This document shows positions 32,482 through 45,605 of a stretch of 64,000 nt of DNA, one piece after another (position 1 is the first letter of the stretch; each line of letters begins with the position of its first letter). A model generated the notes under the pieces. It did no database searches, was not told the DNA's origin, and saw only the letters and a list, made by a program, of their open reading frames with translations. Both the position numbers and the translations under genes were made by a program. This stretch comes from Alphaproteobacteria bacterium (GTDB taxonomy: Bacteria; Pseudomonadota; Alphaproteobacteria; Bin95), in assembly GCA_965205265.1 (NCBI GenBank), contig CBDBGH010000003.1, positions 992,001-1,056,000 on the forward strand, read 5' to 3'.

Positions 32482-32598
32482 GAATCCGCCGCCTGCCGCC
32501 CCGCCCCGCCGGCCTTGCGGTCCGCGGGCGTCCCCGCAAACGCCCGATCGCGCGGTTTTCCCGCGCGTGTCTCCTCTTAATCGTCATGCCCTTTTCCC

Positions 32599-32684
32599 GT
32601 CATACCCGGACTTGTTCCGGGTATCTCCCGCCCCCGTTTCCGCCGGACGGCCGTATGGATGCCCGGAACAAGTCCGGGCATGAC
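32599..32684. repeat. REP-like palindrome
   Basis: GTCATACCCGGACTTGTTCCGGGTATC...GATGCCCGGAACAAGTCCGGGCATGAC. Confidence 0.88.
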
Positions 32685-32731
32685 GGAGGGAATGTCGGCA
32701 GGCGGACTTTGACGGCTAAGCAGGAAGCCGG

Positions 32732-36175
<3,444 letters not shown>

Positions 36176-36254
36176 CGCCGGGCTGGCCGGACCCGCGGAC
36201 GCGCGTTCCGGCAAGAGTTGCGGCCTTCATCATCCGCGGAGGGACGAGGGAGCA

Positions 36255-36686
36255 GTGGACGAAGACCGGGTTGAAATCTCGATTGCCAACGATGTGCACG
36301 AGATCGCCGATGTCGCCGCCCGGATCGATGAGTTCTGCGAGGCCCGCGGCATCGGGCCGATGACCGCCAATGCGGTCAATGTTTCGATCGACGAGATTCT
36401 GACGAACACGATCGGCTACGGATATGACGACGAAGGCCCGCACCGCATTGGTATCGCGCTCAGCAGGCAGGCGGACGCGCTGGTGGTGGAGATCGACGAC
36501 GACAGCCGGGCGTTCGACCCCTCGGGACCGCCGCCGGGGGTCGATTTCGACGCATCGCTGGAAGAGCGGACCGTCGGCGGGCTCGGCCTCTTCCTGGTGC
36601 ATGAGCTGATGGACAGCGTGACCTACCGCCGGGACGAGGGCCGCAATATCGTCACGCTCACGAAGAGGCTGGTCGAGGCCGACTGA
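36255..36686 (+). CDS. RsbW-like anti-sigma factor / HATPase_c_2 protein
   Basis: DEILTNTIGYGY, DDSRAFDP, GGLGLFLVHELMDSVTY, GRNIVTL. Confidence 0.88.
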   Translation: MDEDRVEISIANDVHEIADVAARIDEFCEARGIGPMTANAVNVSIDEILTNTIGYGYDDEGPHRIGIALSRQADALVVEIDDDSRAFDPSGPPPGVDFDASLEERTVGGLGLFLVHELMDSVTYRRDEGRNIVTLTKRLVEAD

Positions 36687-36866
36687 GCGAAACGGCGCGC
36701 GTTCATACGGGGGTCCGCAAGGCGGGCCTCATGTTCGATGGCAGTCCCTTTTCTCCTCCCGCCCGAAGGGAGGGGAACGGAGCAAGCCGGCGGCGGGGCC
36801 TTGCGCGCGCCGCAACGGTCCGCCGGATTGTCAGGTCCAGATCATGCCTTCCCGAAGAATGATTTG

Positions 36867-36899
36867 AAACAAATATAGAACATAAATAGCGAAAGTCAA
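36867..36899 (-). promoter_or_regulatory. Sigma70-like promoter overlapped by a LexA-box-like site
   Basis: Minus strand TTGACT-N16-TATATT; GTTC-TATATTT-GTTT (36881-36867) is one mismatch from the alphaproteobacterial GTTC-N7-GTTC box. Confidence 0.6.
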
Positions 36900-36953
36900 G
36901 CCCGGTCTTCCTGCGACTCCAGCAGGCCAGCAGCTTATGGGCGGGGAATGGTT

Positions 36954-37172
36954 CTATTCCGCCGCGACGGGCGGGGGATCGCCGGCGCGGGCATCGCGGC
37001 CGGCGATATAGCCCTCCAGCCGCGAGAGCCTGTCCCTGACCTCTCCGAAGTCCTTCCGGACTTCGCGCATGTCCTCGCGCTGCTCGCGCCGCAGGCTGCG
37101 GATTGCGACGATGAGCCAGCCGAACAAGGCAAGGGTGATCGCCGGCGCGATCCAGGAGGCCAAGGTTTCCAT
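36954..37172 (-). CDS. Small protein with an N-terminal TM helix and a coiled coil
   Basis: METLASWIAPAITLALFGWLIVAI followed by the heptad-like MREVRKDFGEVRDRLSRLEG; AGGA RBS. Confidence 0.7.
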   Translation of the reverse strand: METLASWIAPAITLALFGWLIVAIRSLRREQREDMREVRKDFGEVRDRLSRLEGYIAGRDARAGDPPPVAAE

Positions 37173-37211
37173 GCAGTCGATCCTGCTTCGGAACGCCGTC
37201 CTGCTCAACGC

Positions 37212-38492
37212 CTATGAATTCGAAAGCCGGCTTTCGTCGTAGTCCTTGCTGATGCGGTAGAAGTGCGGCGTTACCGGGTCGAGGCCGGAGCGCTCATGCT
37301 CGCGGACGACATTGCGCGCGATGCCGCGCAAGTGCACCTCGTCCGGCCCGTCGATGAACTGGAGCGCGCGGCCCCAGGTCCACAGCCATGAGAGCGGCGT
37401 GTCGGGCGTGAGCCCCATGGAGCCGAACACCTGCATCGCGCGGTTGGAGACTTCGGTCTAGAGGCGCGCGGCCACCACCTTGATCTGCGAGACCTCGTTG
37501 CGGGCCGCCTTGTTGCCGTGGGCGTCGATCAGCCAGGCGGTGCGCAGGCAGAGCAGACGCGCCATGTCGATCTCGGTCCGCGACAGCGCCACGGCCTCGC
37601 GCACCGTGTCGTGGTCGATGGTGCGCTTGCCGAAGGTCGTGCGGTTGAGCCCGCGCTCGATCATCAGCTGCAGCGCCACCTCGCATTGCCCGATGGTGCG
37701 CATGCAGTGGTGGATGCGGCCGGGCCCGAGCCGCGCCTGCGCGATGGCGAAGCCGCCGCCCTCCTCGCCGATCAGGTTGCCGTAAGGCACGCGGACATTC
37801 TCGAAAACGACCTCGCAATGCCCCTCCGGCGCGATGTGGTGCATGACCGGGATGTTGCGCGCGATGCGCACGCCCGGCGTGCCGGGATCGACGAGCACCT
37901 GGCTCTGGCGGCGGTGCACGGCGGCGTCCGGGTCGGTCACGCCCATCACGATCATCACGCCGAGCTCGGGATGGGCGGCGTTGGTGATGAACCATTTGCG
38001 CCCGTCGATGACCCACTCGTCCCCTTCGCGCCGGATGCGGGTCTGCACATTGGTGGCATCCGAGGACGCGACTTCCGGCTCGGTCATGCAGAAGGCCGAG
38101 CGGATTCTGCCGTCCAGCAGCGGCTCCAGATAGCGGCGCTTCTGCTCCGGCGTGCCGAACATATGGAACACTTCCATATTGCCCGTGTCCGGCGCGTTGC
38201 AGTTGAACATCTCGGGCGCCCAGTAGATGCGGCCCATGATCTCGGCGAGCGGGGCATATTCGAGATTGGTGCAGCGCGTGCCCGGCGCGTCCTCGGGCAG
38301 GGAGGGCAGGAACATGTTCCAGAGCCCCTCTTCCCTGGCGCGGTCCTTGATGCCGGCGCAGAAGGGCGGGGGGAAGACGCCCTGCTCGGTCAGTTCGTGC
38401 CATTCCTTGTCGCGCGGCACGATCTCCCGGGCCATGAAGCGGGTTAGCTGTTCCTGAAGCCGGCGGACCTTGTCCGAATATCCGAAATCCAT
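37212..38492 (-). pseudogene. Acyl-CoA dehydrogenase with a single in-frame TAG at 37460-37458
   Basis: FNCNAPDTGNME, MTEPEVASSDATN, AQARLGPGRIHHCMR; the same frame continues IKVVAARL*TEVSNRAMQVFG...FIDGPDEVH to a stop at 37212. Confidence 0.85.
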
Positions 38493-38524
38493 CTCGCCTC
38501 CCTTTCCCCGGGGCCGCCGCCTCA

Positions 38525-38746
38525 GCATCCGTTTGAGAATTGGCGACCGGGCGTTTTAATACAGGGTCGAAGGCGTTGCCCCGCCCCTCTTCCCGTCATG
38601 CCCGGACTTGTTCCGGGCATCTCTCCCAACCACCTCCTCCGAGCGGCCGCATGGATGCCCGGATCAAGTCCGGGCATGACGATATGGGGGCAGGCATGAC
38701 CGAACCGGACCGGACCTTGCATGGACGCTATTCTCAAACGGGTCTC
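38525..38746. mobile_element. MITE-like element containing a REP
   Basis: Inverted CCGTTTGAGAAT (38529-38540) and ATTCTCAAACGG (38730-38741); TCA on both flanks; REP at 38595-38680 inside. Confidence 0.55.
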
Positions 38747-39631
38747 TCAGCATCCGTCGCCGTTCAGGCGGCCCCGCGCGGGGGAGACCGGATAGACGCC
38801 GAGAATGCGGGTCTCGCGGGAGAAGAAGTCGAGTTCCTCCAGCGCCAGCCGGACGGAGTGGTCCTCCGGGCGGCCCTCGATATCGGCGTAGAACTGGGTT
38901 GCCGTGAAGCTGCCGTCGGTCATGTAGCTCTCGAGCTTGGTCATGTTGACGCCGTTGGTGGCGAAGCCGCCCAGCGCCTTGTAGAGCGCCGCCGGCACAT
39001 TGCGGACCTTGAACAGCAGGGTGGTCGCCGCGGCCGCGCCGGGCGGCGGATGCGCCGGCTCGCGGGCCAGCACGATGAAGCGGGTCGTGTTGTGCGCGGC
39101 GTCCTCGATGTCGGCGCGCAGGATCCGGAGGCCGTAATGCTCCGCGGCGAGCGTGGACGCGATGGCGGCCTCCTCCGGGTCGGCCCGCTCCGCCACCTCG
39201 GCGGCCGCGCCCGCAGTATCGGCGTGGACGAGCGCGGTGAGGCCGAGCTCGCGGATCAGCCTGCCGCACTGGCCGAGCGCATGGACGTGGCTGCGCACCC
39301 GCCGGATCGTCTCCAGGCTGGCGCCCGGCGCGGCGAGAAGCTGGTGGCGCACCATCTCGAAATGCTCGGCCACGATGTGCAGCCCGGTCTCCGGCAGCAG
39401 CCTGTGGATGTCCGCGACGCGCCCGGCTATGGAGTTCTCGATGGGAATCATCGCGAGCGCCGCCTCGCCGCCCTCGACCGCCGCGAAGGCATCCTCGAAG
39501 GCCCGGCAGGGAAGCGGCTCCAGCTCCGGATAGGCCCGGCGGCAGGCAAGGTCTGAATAGGCTCCCGGTTCGCCCTGAAAGGCGATCCGGCGGTCGTCGG
39601 CGTTGGCGGCCATCGGATGGTTCGAATTCAA
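38747..39631 (-). CDS. pheA: Prephenate dehydratase
   Basis: [28 protein letters not shown] domain with NMTKLESY. Confidence 0.94.
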   Translation of the reverse strand: MNSNHPMAANADDRRIAFQGEPGAYSDLACRRAYPELEPLPCRAFEDAFAAVEGGEAALAMIPIENSIAGRVADIHRLLPETGLHIVAEHFEMVRHQLLAAPGASLETIRRVRSHVHALGQCGRLIRELGLTALVHADTAGAAAEVAERADPEEAAIASTLAAEHYGLRILRADIEDAAHNTTRFIVLAREPAHPPPGAAAATTLLFKVRNVPAALYKALGGFATNGVNMTKLESYMTDGSFTATQFYADIEGRPEDHSVRLALEELDFFSRETRILGVYPVSPARGRLNGDGC

Positions 39632-40356
39632 GGTTTTACGGCAAGGATTTCCCGCGCCCGGGCGAGGTCGGCGGGAGTATCGACGCCGAGCGGAACGCTG
39701 TCAACGACGGCCACGGCGATCCGCATTCCGGCCTCGAGCGCCCGCAATTGCTCCAGTCTCTCGCGCTGTTCCAGCGGGCTCGGGGGAAGCGCCGTGAAGC
39801 GTTCCAGCGCCGCCCGCCGCCAGGCGTAGAGCCCGATATGGTGGAACAGCGGCCCGGGGCCAGAGGGGGCCGTGGCGCGGGTGAAATACAGCGCCCGCCC
39901 GTCGGCGCCGAACACCGCCTTCACGACATTGGGGTTCGTGCGCTCCTCCTCGCGCCGGATCTCCGCGGCGACCGTGCCGATATCCACCTCCGGGTCGTCG
40001 AGCAGGGCGAGCGCGGCGCGGATGTCGTCCGGCGGAACCGTCGGCAGGTCCCCCTGGAGATTGACGATGCGGTCGAACCGGCGGCCGGGGTCGAAGGCGT
40101 CGAGCGCGGCGCGGATGCGGTCCGAGCCCGAAGGCAGGCCGGGATCGGTCAGCGCCGCCTCGCCGCCGGCCGCGCGCACCGCCTCGGCCACCTCCGGCTC
40201 GCTACAGGCGACGAGCACCGGCCCGACGCCCGCTTCCACCGCGCGTTCGAGCACATGGACGATGAGCGGGCGCCCGGCAATGTCCGCGAGCGGCTTGCCC
40301 GGCAGCCGCGTCGAAGCCATCCGCGCGGGTATGGCGATGAGTGCCGAACCGCTCAT
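39628..40356 (-). CDS. kdsB: 3-deoxy-manno-octulosonate cytidylyltransferase
   Basis: [42 protein letters not shown]. Confidence 0.96.
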   Translation of the reverse strand: MSGSALIAIPARMASTRLPGKPLADIAGRPLIVHVLERAVEAGVGPVLVACSEPEVAEAVRAAGGEAALTDPGLPSGSDRIRAALDAFDPGRRFDRIVNLQGDLPTVPPDDIRAALALLDDPEVDIGTVAAEIRREEERTNPNVVKAVFGADGRALYFTRATAPSGPGPLFHHIGLYAWRRAALERFTALPPSPLEQRERLEQLRALEAGMRIAVAVVDSVPLGVDTPADLARAREILAVKP

Positions 40357-40505
40357 CGGCCGGGATCGAAGCGACGCAACGCCGCATATCCGCTCATTTC
40401 AGCCGTCCCTACACTCCAGATCCGAGAGAGGGCTTTCCGGCATGCGCCATGCCGCCCGTGCAAGAATGCCCTCGTGCGCGCAGCCGTCAACCGGACGACG
40501 AGGCG

Positions 40506-41567
40506 ATGGACTTTTACGAGTTCAACAAAGTTGCGGGCGGGCTGCTGCTGGCCGGCGTTGTGACCATCTTTATCGGTATTTTCGGCAACACCCTGGTCCC
40601 GAAGCAGGATGGCGGACACGGAGCCGCGCCGCATGAGGCGGACATGGCCGCCGCCGCGCCGGCAGCCCGCACGGAGCCGGCAGGCCCCGAGCCGATCGCC
40701 GGCATGCTGGCCGAGGCCGATATCGCGCGCGGCGAGTCCATCACCAAGAAATGCACCGCCTGCCATACCTTCGATGAAGGCGGCGCGGCCAAGCAGGGGC
40801 CGAACCTCTACAACATCGTCGGCGCGGACATCGCAGCGCAGGCGGACTTCGGGTATTCCGATGCGATGGCGGAGCAGGAGGGCGACTGGACCTACGCCAG
40901 TCTCAACGCTTTCCTCCACAAGCCGAAGAACTTCATCAAGGGCACCAAGATGACCTTCGTCGGGCTGAAGAAGGCCCGCGACCGCGCCGATCTCATCGCC
41001 TATCTGCGCACGCTCTCGGCCTCGCCGCAGCCGCTGCCGGAAGGCGGCGCGGAGGAGCCGGCCGAGGAGGGCGAAGCCAAGCCCAAGGCGGCCCTGCCGG
41101 CGGAGCCGGACGGCAGGCAGGCAGCGGGGGAACCCGCCCCCGCGCCGGCAACGGAAGAGCGCCTTGGCTGGAGCTTCTCGCTGATCGGGTCGGCCATGGC
41201 GGCCGAGCCGGCCAGGAGCCTTGCCGAGCGCCTCGCAGCCGCCGACCCCGAGAAAGGCAAGAAGGTCTGGAACAAGTGCAAGGCGTGCCACACCATCGAC
41301 AAGGGCGGCAAGAAGCGCATCGGCCCCAATCTCTGGAATATCGTCGGCGCGGATGTCGGAGCGCGCGAGGGCTTCAAATATTCCAAGGGCATGCTGGCGT
41401 TCGGCGGCCAGTGGACCTATGAGCGGCTCGACGCCTATCTCACCAAGCCGAGAAAGGTGGTGAAGGGCGGCAAGATGGCCTTTGTCGGGCTGAAGAAGCC
41501 GAAGGACCGCGCCAATGTCATCGCCTTCATGCGCATGATGGCGGACGAACCGCGGCCGCTGCCCTGA
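40506..41567 (+). CDS. Membrane-anchored cytochrome c with two tandem class I (c2/CycM-like) heme domains
   Basis: N-terminal TM (FEFNK-like start MDFYEFNKV); CTACH...GPNLY...GTKMTFVG and CKACH...GPNLW...GGKMAFVG. Confidence 0.92.
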   Translation: MDFYEFNKVAGGLLLAGVVTIFIGIFGNTLVPKQDGGHGAAPHEADMAAAAPAARTEPAGPEPIAGMLAEADIARGESITKKCTACHTFDEGGAAKQGPNLYNIVGADIAAQADFGYSDAMAEQEGDWTYASLNAFLHKPKNFIKGTKMTFVGLKKARDRADLIAYLRTLSASPQPLPEGGAEEPAEEGEAKPKAALPAEPDGRQAAGEPAPAPATEERLGWSFSLIGSAMAAEPARSLAERLAAADPEKGKKVWNKCKACHTIDKGGKKRIGPNLWNIVGADVGAREGFKYSKGMLAFGGQWTYERLDAYLTKPRKVVKGGKMAFVGLKKPKDRANVIAFMRMMADEPRPLP

Positions 41568-41591
41568 GGCGCCTGCGGGCGCGCCGGCCTG

Positions 41592-42374
41592 ATGATCCGC
41601 GCCTTTCTCGACCGTCTGGGCGATACCGTCCGCCCGATCCACCGGCGCTATTTCCGCTCCGGCGTGGCAGTCGAGCGCAAGGATGACGAATCGCCCGTAA
41701 CCCGCTCCGACCGCGAGGCCGAGCAGGCGATGCGCCGGGCGATCGGAGAGGCCTTCCCCGAAGACGGCATACTGGGCGAGGAGTTCGGCTCCGAACGCCT
41801 CGACGCTAGGCGCGTCTGGGTGCTCGATCCCCTCGACGGCACGCGCGCCTTCGTCAACGGCAAGCCGGGTTTCGGCGTCATGGCGGCGCTGTTGGAGGAG
41901 GGCCGGCCGGTCGCGGGGCTGATCGACATGCCGATCCTCTCCGAGCGCTGGATCGGCATTGCCGGCGAGCCCACGACCTTCAACGGCGCGCCCGCGCATG
42001 TGCGCGATTGCGCGGGCCTCGCCGCCGCCTCGCTCAACGCCACCTCGCCCGACCTGTTCCCCGACGACGCTTCGCGCGCAGCCTTCGACCGCCTGTCGGC
42101 AGCCTGCGGCCAGCGGCATTTCGGCGGCGACTGCCATCTTTACGGCCTGCTCGCCTGCGGCTGGATCGACATGGTCGCGGAGGCCGGCCTCAAACCGTAC
42201 GACTATCTGGCGCATGTGCCTGTGGTCGAGGGCGCCGGCGGGCGGATCGGCGACTGGCAGGGCCGCCCGCTCGGTCTCGATTCCGACGGCAGGGTGCTGG
42301 CCGTCGGCGCGCCCAGCCTCTTCGGGCCGGCGCTGGACCGCCTTCGCGGCGGGCCGGGCGGCGCTTCTGCATGA
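41592..42374 (+). CDS. Inositol monophosphatase family, HisN-like histidinol-phosphatase
   Basis: KDDESPVT, GEEFG, WVLDPLDGTRAF, GGDC, LKPYD. Confidence 0.88.
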   Translation: MIRAFLDRLGDTVRPIHRRYFRSGVAVERKDDESPVTRSDREAEQAMRRAIGEAFPEDGILGEEFGSERLDARRVWVLDPLDGTRAFVNGKPGFGVMAALLEEGRPVAGLIDMPILSERWIGIAGEPTTFNGAPAHVRDCAGLAAASLNATSPDLFPDDASRAAFDRLSAACGQRHFGGDCHLYGLLACGWIDMVAEAGLKPYDYLAHVPVVEGAGGRIGDWQGRPLGLDSDGRVLAVGAPSLFGPALDRLRGGPGGASA

Positions 42375-42375
42375 C

Positions 42376-43755
42376 ATGGCAACGCGGGTGCTCGTTCCCT
42401 CGGGCGTGCTGGGCCTCGGCTTCGACCGGGAGGCGCTCCGGCGCGCGGCCGCCGACAAGCCGGACATCATCTGCATAGACGGCGGCTCGACCGACAGCGG
42501 CCCGTTCTATCTGGGCGCCGGGGTTTCGAAATATTCCGATGCTTCCGTGCGGTCCGAATGGCAGGAGCTGCTGGCGGCGCGCGCGGCTGCCGGCTGCCCG
42601 CTCGTGCTCGGCTCCGCCGGCACCTGCGGCACCGACGCCATGGTGGAGGCGATGCTGGCGGCGACCCGCTCCGTTGCCGAGGCGGAGGGCCGCCGCCTCA
42701 GGGTCGCCGCGCTGAAATCGGAGCAGCCGGCCGCGTCGGTCCGCAACGCGCTGGAAGCCGGCAGGCTGGCGCCGCTTGCAGGCGCGCCGGAAGGCGGCCT
42801 CGACGCCGAGGACATCGCGCGCTGCACGCATATCGTGGCGTTGGCGGGCGCGGAGCAGATCGCGGCTGCGCTCCGCACGGGCGCGGATGTGGTGATCGCC
42901 GGGCGCGCGACCGACACGGCGGCGATCTCCGCCCTGCCGCTGATGAACGGCGAGCATGCGGGCGCAGCCTGGCACGGCGCCAAGATCGGCGAATGCGGCG
43001 CGCTCTGCTCGACACGGCCGATGAGCGGCGTGATCGGCCTCGAGTTCGACGGCGCCGGCTGCACGGTGGAGCCCCATGCCGACGGTGCGCGATGCACGCC
43101 GGAGTCCGTGGCGGCGCACATGCTCTACGAGAACGCCGACCCGTTCATCCTGTACGAGCCGGGCGGGCATCTGGATGCGCGCGGCGCGGCATACGACGCG
43201 CTGGACGAGCGGCGGGTGCGCATCTCCGGCTCCCGCTGGGTCGCGTCCGAAACCTACACGGTGAAGCTGGAAGGGGCGCGGCTCGCCGGCTTCCAGACGA
43301 CGGCGCTCGCGATCCTGCGCGACGCGCGCTATGTCGCCAATGCAAGGCGCTGGCTCGACCGGCTGGAGGCGTTCCTCGGGCGCGAAATCCCGGCCCGCAC
43401 CGGCCTCGGGGCCCGTGACTACGCCATCGAATTCCGCCTGATCGGCGTGGATGCGGCGCTCGGGCCGCTGGAGGCGCGGGCCTCCGATCCGGTCGAGGTC
43501 GGCGTGCTCGCCATCGTGACGGCCGCCTCGCAGGCGACCGCGACCGAGATCGCCCGGCTTGCCAATCCCTTCCTGCTGCATTTCCCGCTGAGCGACGACG
43601 AGGACCTGCCGACCTTCGCCTTCCCCTATTCGCCGGCGGAGACCGAGCGCGGGCCGCTCTACGAGTTCGCCCTCAACCATGTCATGCGGCTCGACGACCC
43701 GATGGAAGCCTTCCGGCTGGAAGTCACGGAGGTCGGGCATGGTCCGGCTGGGTGA
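42376..43755 (+). CDS. Acyclic terpene utilisation AtuA-family (DUF1446) protein
   Basis: DGGSTDSGPFYLG, IAGRATD, WHGAKIGECG, AHMLYENADP. Confidence 0.85.
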   Translation: MATRVLVPSGVLGLGFDREALRRAAADKPDIICIDGGSTDSGPFYLGAGVSKYSDASVRSEWQELLAARAAAGCPLVLGSAGTCGTDAMVEAMLAATRSVAEAEGRRLRVAALKSEQPAASVRNALEAGRLAPLAGAPEGGLDAEDIARCTHIVALAGAEQIAAALRTGADVVIAGRATDTAAISALPLMNGEHAGAAWHGAKIGECGALCSTRPMSGVIGLEFDGAGCTVEPHADGARCTPESVAAHMLYENADPFILYEPGGHLDARGAAYDALDERRVRISGSRWVASETYTVKLEGARLAGFQTTALAILRDARYVANARRWLDRLEAFLGREIPARTGLGARDYAIEFRLIGVDAALGPLEARASDPVEVGVLAIVTAASQATATEIARLANPFLLHFPLSDDEDLPTFAFPYSPAETERGPLYEFALNHVMRLDDPMEAFRLEVTEVGHGPAG

Positions 43756-44041
43756 TGCGGTGCGCGCGGTCCGGTCCAAGAATGCCGGGCCGTTCATGGT
43801 CACGGTGGACATTTTCTGCGGCACCGACGCGGCCTTCCAGCGGGTCAATGCGGCGGTCTCGACAGCGGCGGTCGGTCGGCTCTACGGCGTGGACCCGGAG
43901 CGGGTCGGGCGTTACGAGCTGCCGGAAATCCGGGTCGTGAAATTCAGCTTCCCCCGCCCCGTGCCGCAGGGCAGCCGCAGCGACCGCGACATGCACGGCG
44001 CGCAATGGGCGGTGCTGCTGGCGGAGGCCGAATTCGGATAG
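43739..44041 (+). CDS. DUF4387-family protein
   Basis: VRSKNAGPF, KFSFPRP, DRDMHGAQ; typical partner of DUF1446. Confidence 0.85.
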   Translation: MVRLGDAVRAVRSKNAGPFMVTVDIFCGTDAAFQRVNAAVSTAAVGRLYGVDPERVGRYELPEIRVVKFSFPRPVPQGSRSDRDMHGAQWAVLLAEAEFG

Positions 44042-44103
44042 CCCGGCGACGGCGTTATACCGACGGTTATTGATCGGAACCTATGTCGGCGGCTGCCGGA
44101 AAG

Positions 44104-44235
44104 CTCCTCCCCCGCTTGCGGGGGGGGCCGGGTGGGGGGCCGCTTTCGCGCCAGCGGAAGCGGCAGGCGGAGCCTGGCAAAGGCCCGTCACGCCGGGTGG
44201 CCCTCCCCCAACCCCTCCCGCCCAGCGGGAGGGGA
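44104..44235. repeat. Second REP-like family, paired palindromes
   Basis: CTCCCCCGCTTGCGGGGGGGGCCGGGTGGGGG ... CCCTCCCCCAACCCCTCCCGCCCAGCGGGAGGGGA between convergent genes. Confidence 0.75.
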
Positions 44236-44285
44236 GCCCAACGGGACGCCGCCAGGACATGAACTCTACATGGCACATCCCGGTA

Positions 44286-45476
44286 TCAGACGACCTTCGC
44301 GGCCCTGAGCCTGGCGATCTTTTCCGGGCTGTAGCCGAGGCCGGCCAGCAGCTCGTCGGTGTCCGCGCCCATGGCGGGCGCCGGCCGGGCGGGCGGCGCC
44401 CTGCCGGTCCGGATCGGCGGGCCGACGGAGCCGACGCGGCGGCCGCTCGGATGGTCCACCCAGAGATGGCGGCCGGTTTCGGTCGGGAAGGGCGCATCCA
44501 TGGCGCTCGCAATATCGTTGACCGGCGCAACCGGCACCCGGCCCTGAAGCGCCTCCAGCCATTCGGCCGTCGTCTTTGCGGACAGCGCCTCGTCGAGCAC
44601 CTCTGTCACCAGCTCCCTGTTGGCGAGGCGGGCGGCGAAATCCCGGAAGCGCGGGTCGTCCTTCCATTCCGGGCTGCCGAGCGCGTCCGCCAGCTCGCCC
44701 CAGAACTTCTCCTTGTTGCACATGACGAACAGCCAGCCGTCGCGCGTCCGGTAGAGCTGCGAGGGCGTCAGGTTCGGATGCGAGGAACGCGGCTCGCGGC
44801 CCTGCACGATGCCCGCGGTCAGATACCAGCAGGCGAGGTATCCGAGATTCGACATGGCCGTGTCGTAGAGCGAAACGTCGAGGTCCATGCCCCTGCCGCC
44901 GGCCCGCGCCGCGAGGATGCCCGAGGTCATGGCGAGCGCCGCCTGCACGCCGGTTGCGAGATCGACCATGGAGAGCCCCATGCGCGCCGGCGGCGTGTCC
45001 GGCTCGCCGGTAACGGAGAGGTAGCCGGCCTCCGCCTGCATCAGATAGTCGTAGCCGGGCCAGGCCGCGCGCGGACCCTCGCTGCCATAGGCGGAGAGAT
45101 GCACGCAGACGATGGCGGGGTTGACGGCCTTCAGCGCCTCCCAGGTCAGGCCCAGCTTCGCCGGCCGGTCGCCGCGCAGATTGTCGAGCAGCCCGTCGGC
45201 CGAGCGCACGAGGTCGTGCAGCACCTCCCGGCCGGCCTCCTGCTTGAGGTCGAGGGCGAGGCTCTTCTTGTTGCGGTTGAACGCCTGGAAGAACAGGCTG
45301 TCGCCCTCCGGCAGCGGATCCTTCGGGTGGCGCACATAGCGCCCGACATCGCCGCCCTCGGCAATGTTCTCGACCTTGACGACCTCCGCGCCCAGGTCGG
45401 CAAGCTGCATCGTGCCGAACGGCCCGGCGCCGTATTGCTCCACCGCGACGACGCGGACCCCCTCCAACGGCAACAT
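44286..45476 (-). CDS. CaiB/BaiF family III CoA-transferase
   Basis: PLEGVRVV, AGPFGTMQLADLGAEVVKVE, NRNKKSLALDLK, GYDYLMQAEAG. Confidence 0.93.
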   Translation of the reverse strand: MLPLEGVRVVAVEQYGAGPFGTMQLADLGAEVVKVENIAEGGDVGRYVRHPKDPLPEGDSLFFQAFNRNKKSLALDLKQEAGREVLHDLVRSADGLLDNLRGDRPAKLGLTWEALKAVNPAIVCVHLSAYGSEGPRAAWPGYDYLMQAEAGYLSVTGEPDTPPARMGLSMVDLATGVQAALAMTSGILAARAGGRGMDLDVSLYDTAMSNLGYLACWYLTAGIVQGREPRSSHPNLTPSQLYRTRDGWLFVMCNKEKFWGELADALGSPEWKDDPRFRDFAARLANRELVTEVLDEALSAKTTAEWLEALQGRVPVAPVNDIASAMDAPFPTETGRHLWVDHPSGRRVGSVGPPIRTGRAPPARPAPAMGADTDELLAGLGYSPEKIARLRAAKVV

Positions 45477-45605
45477 CACGCTTCTCCCCGGACTTGGGCG
45501 CCCGGATGAGGTAGCGCCTCCGTCCGGCCCGGTCCAGCGCCGCCGAATTGCAGCGCGGGCCGAATTGGTGAAACTCTGCCGATCCCCTTTCGGAGACACC
45601 GGGAC

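Noticed and set aside
37458-37460. Genome-wide TAG reassignment
   Set aside because: TAG ends conserved genes at their expected positions (e.g. trkA 27003, ntrX 25615).
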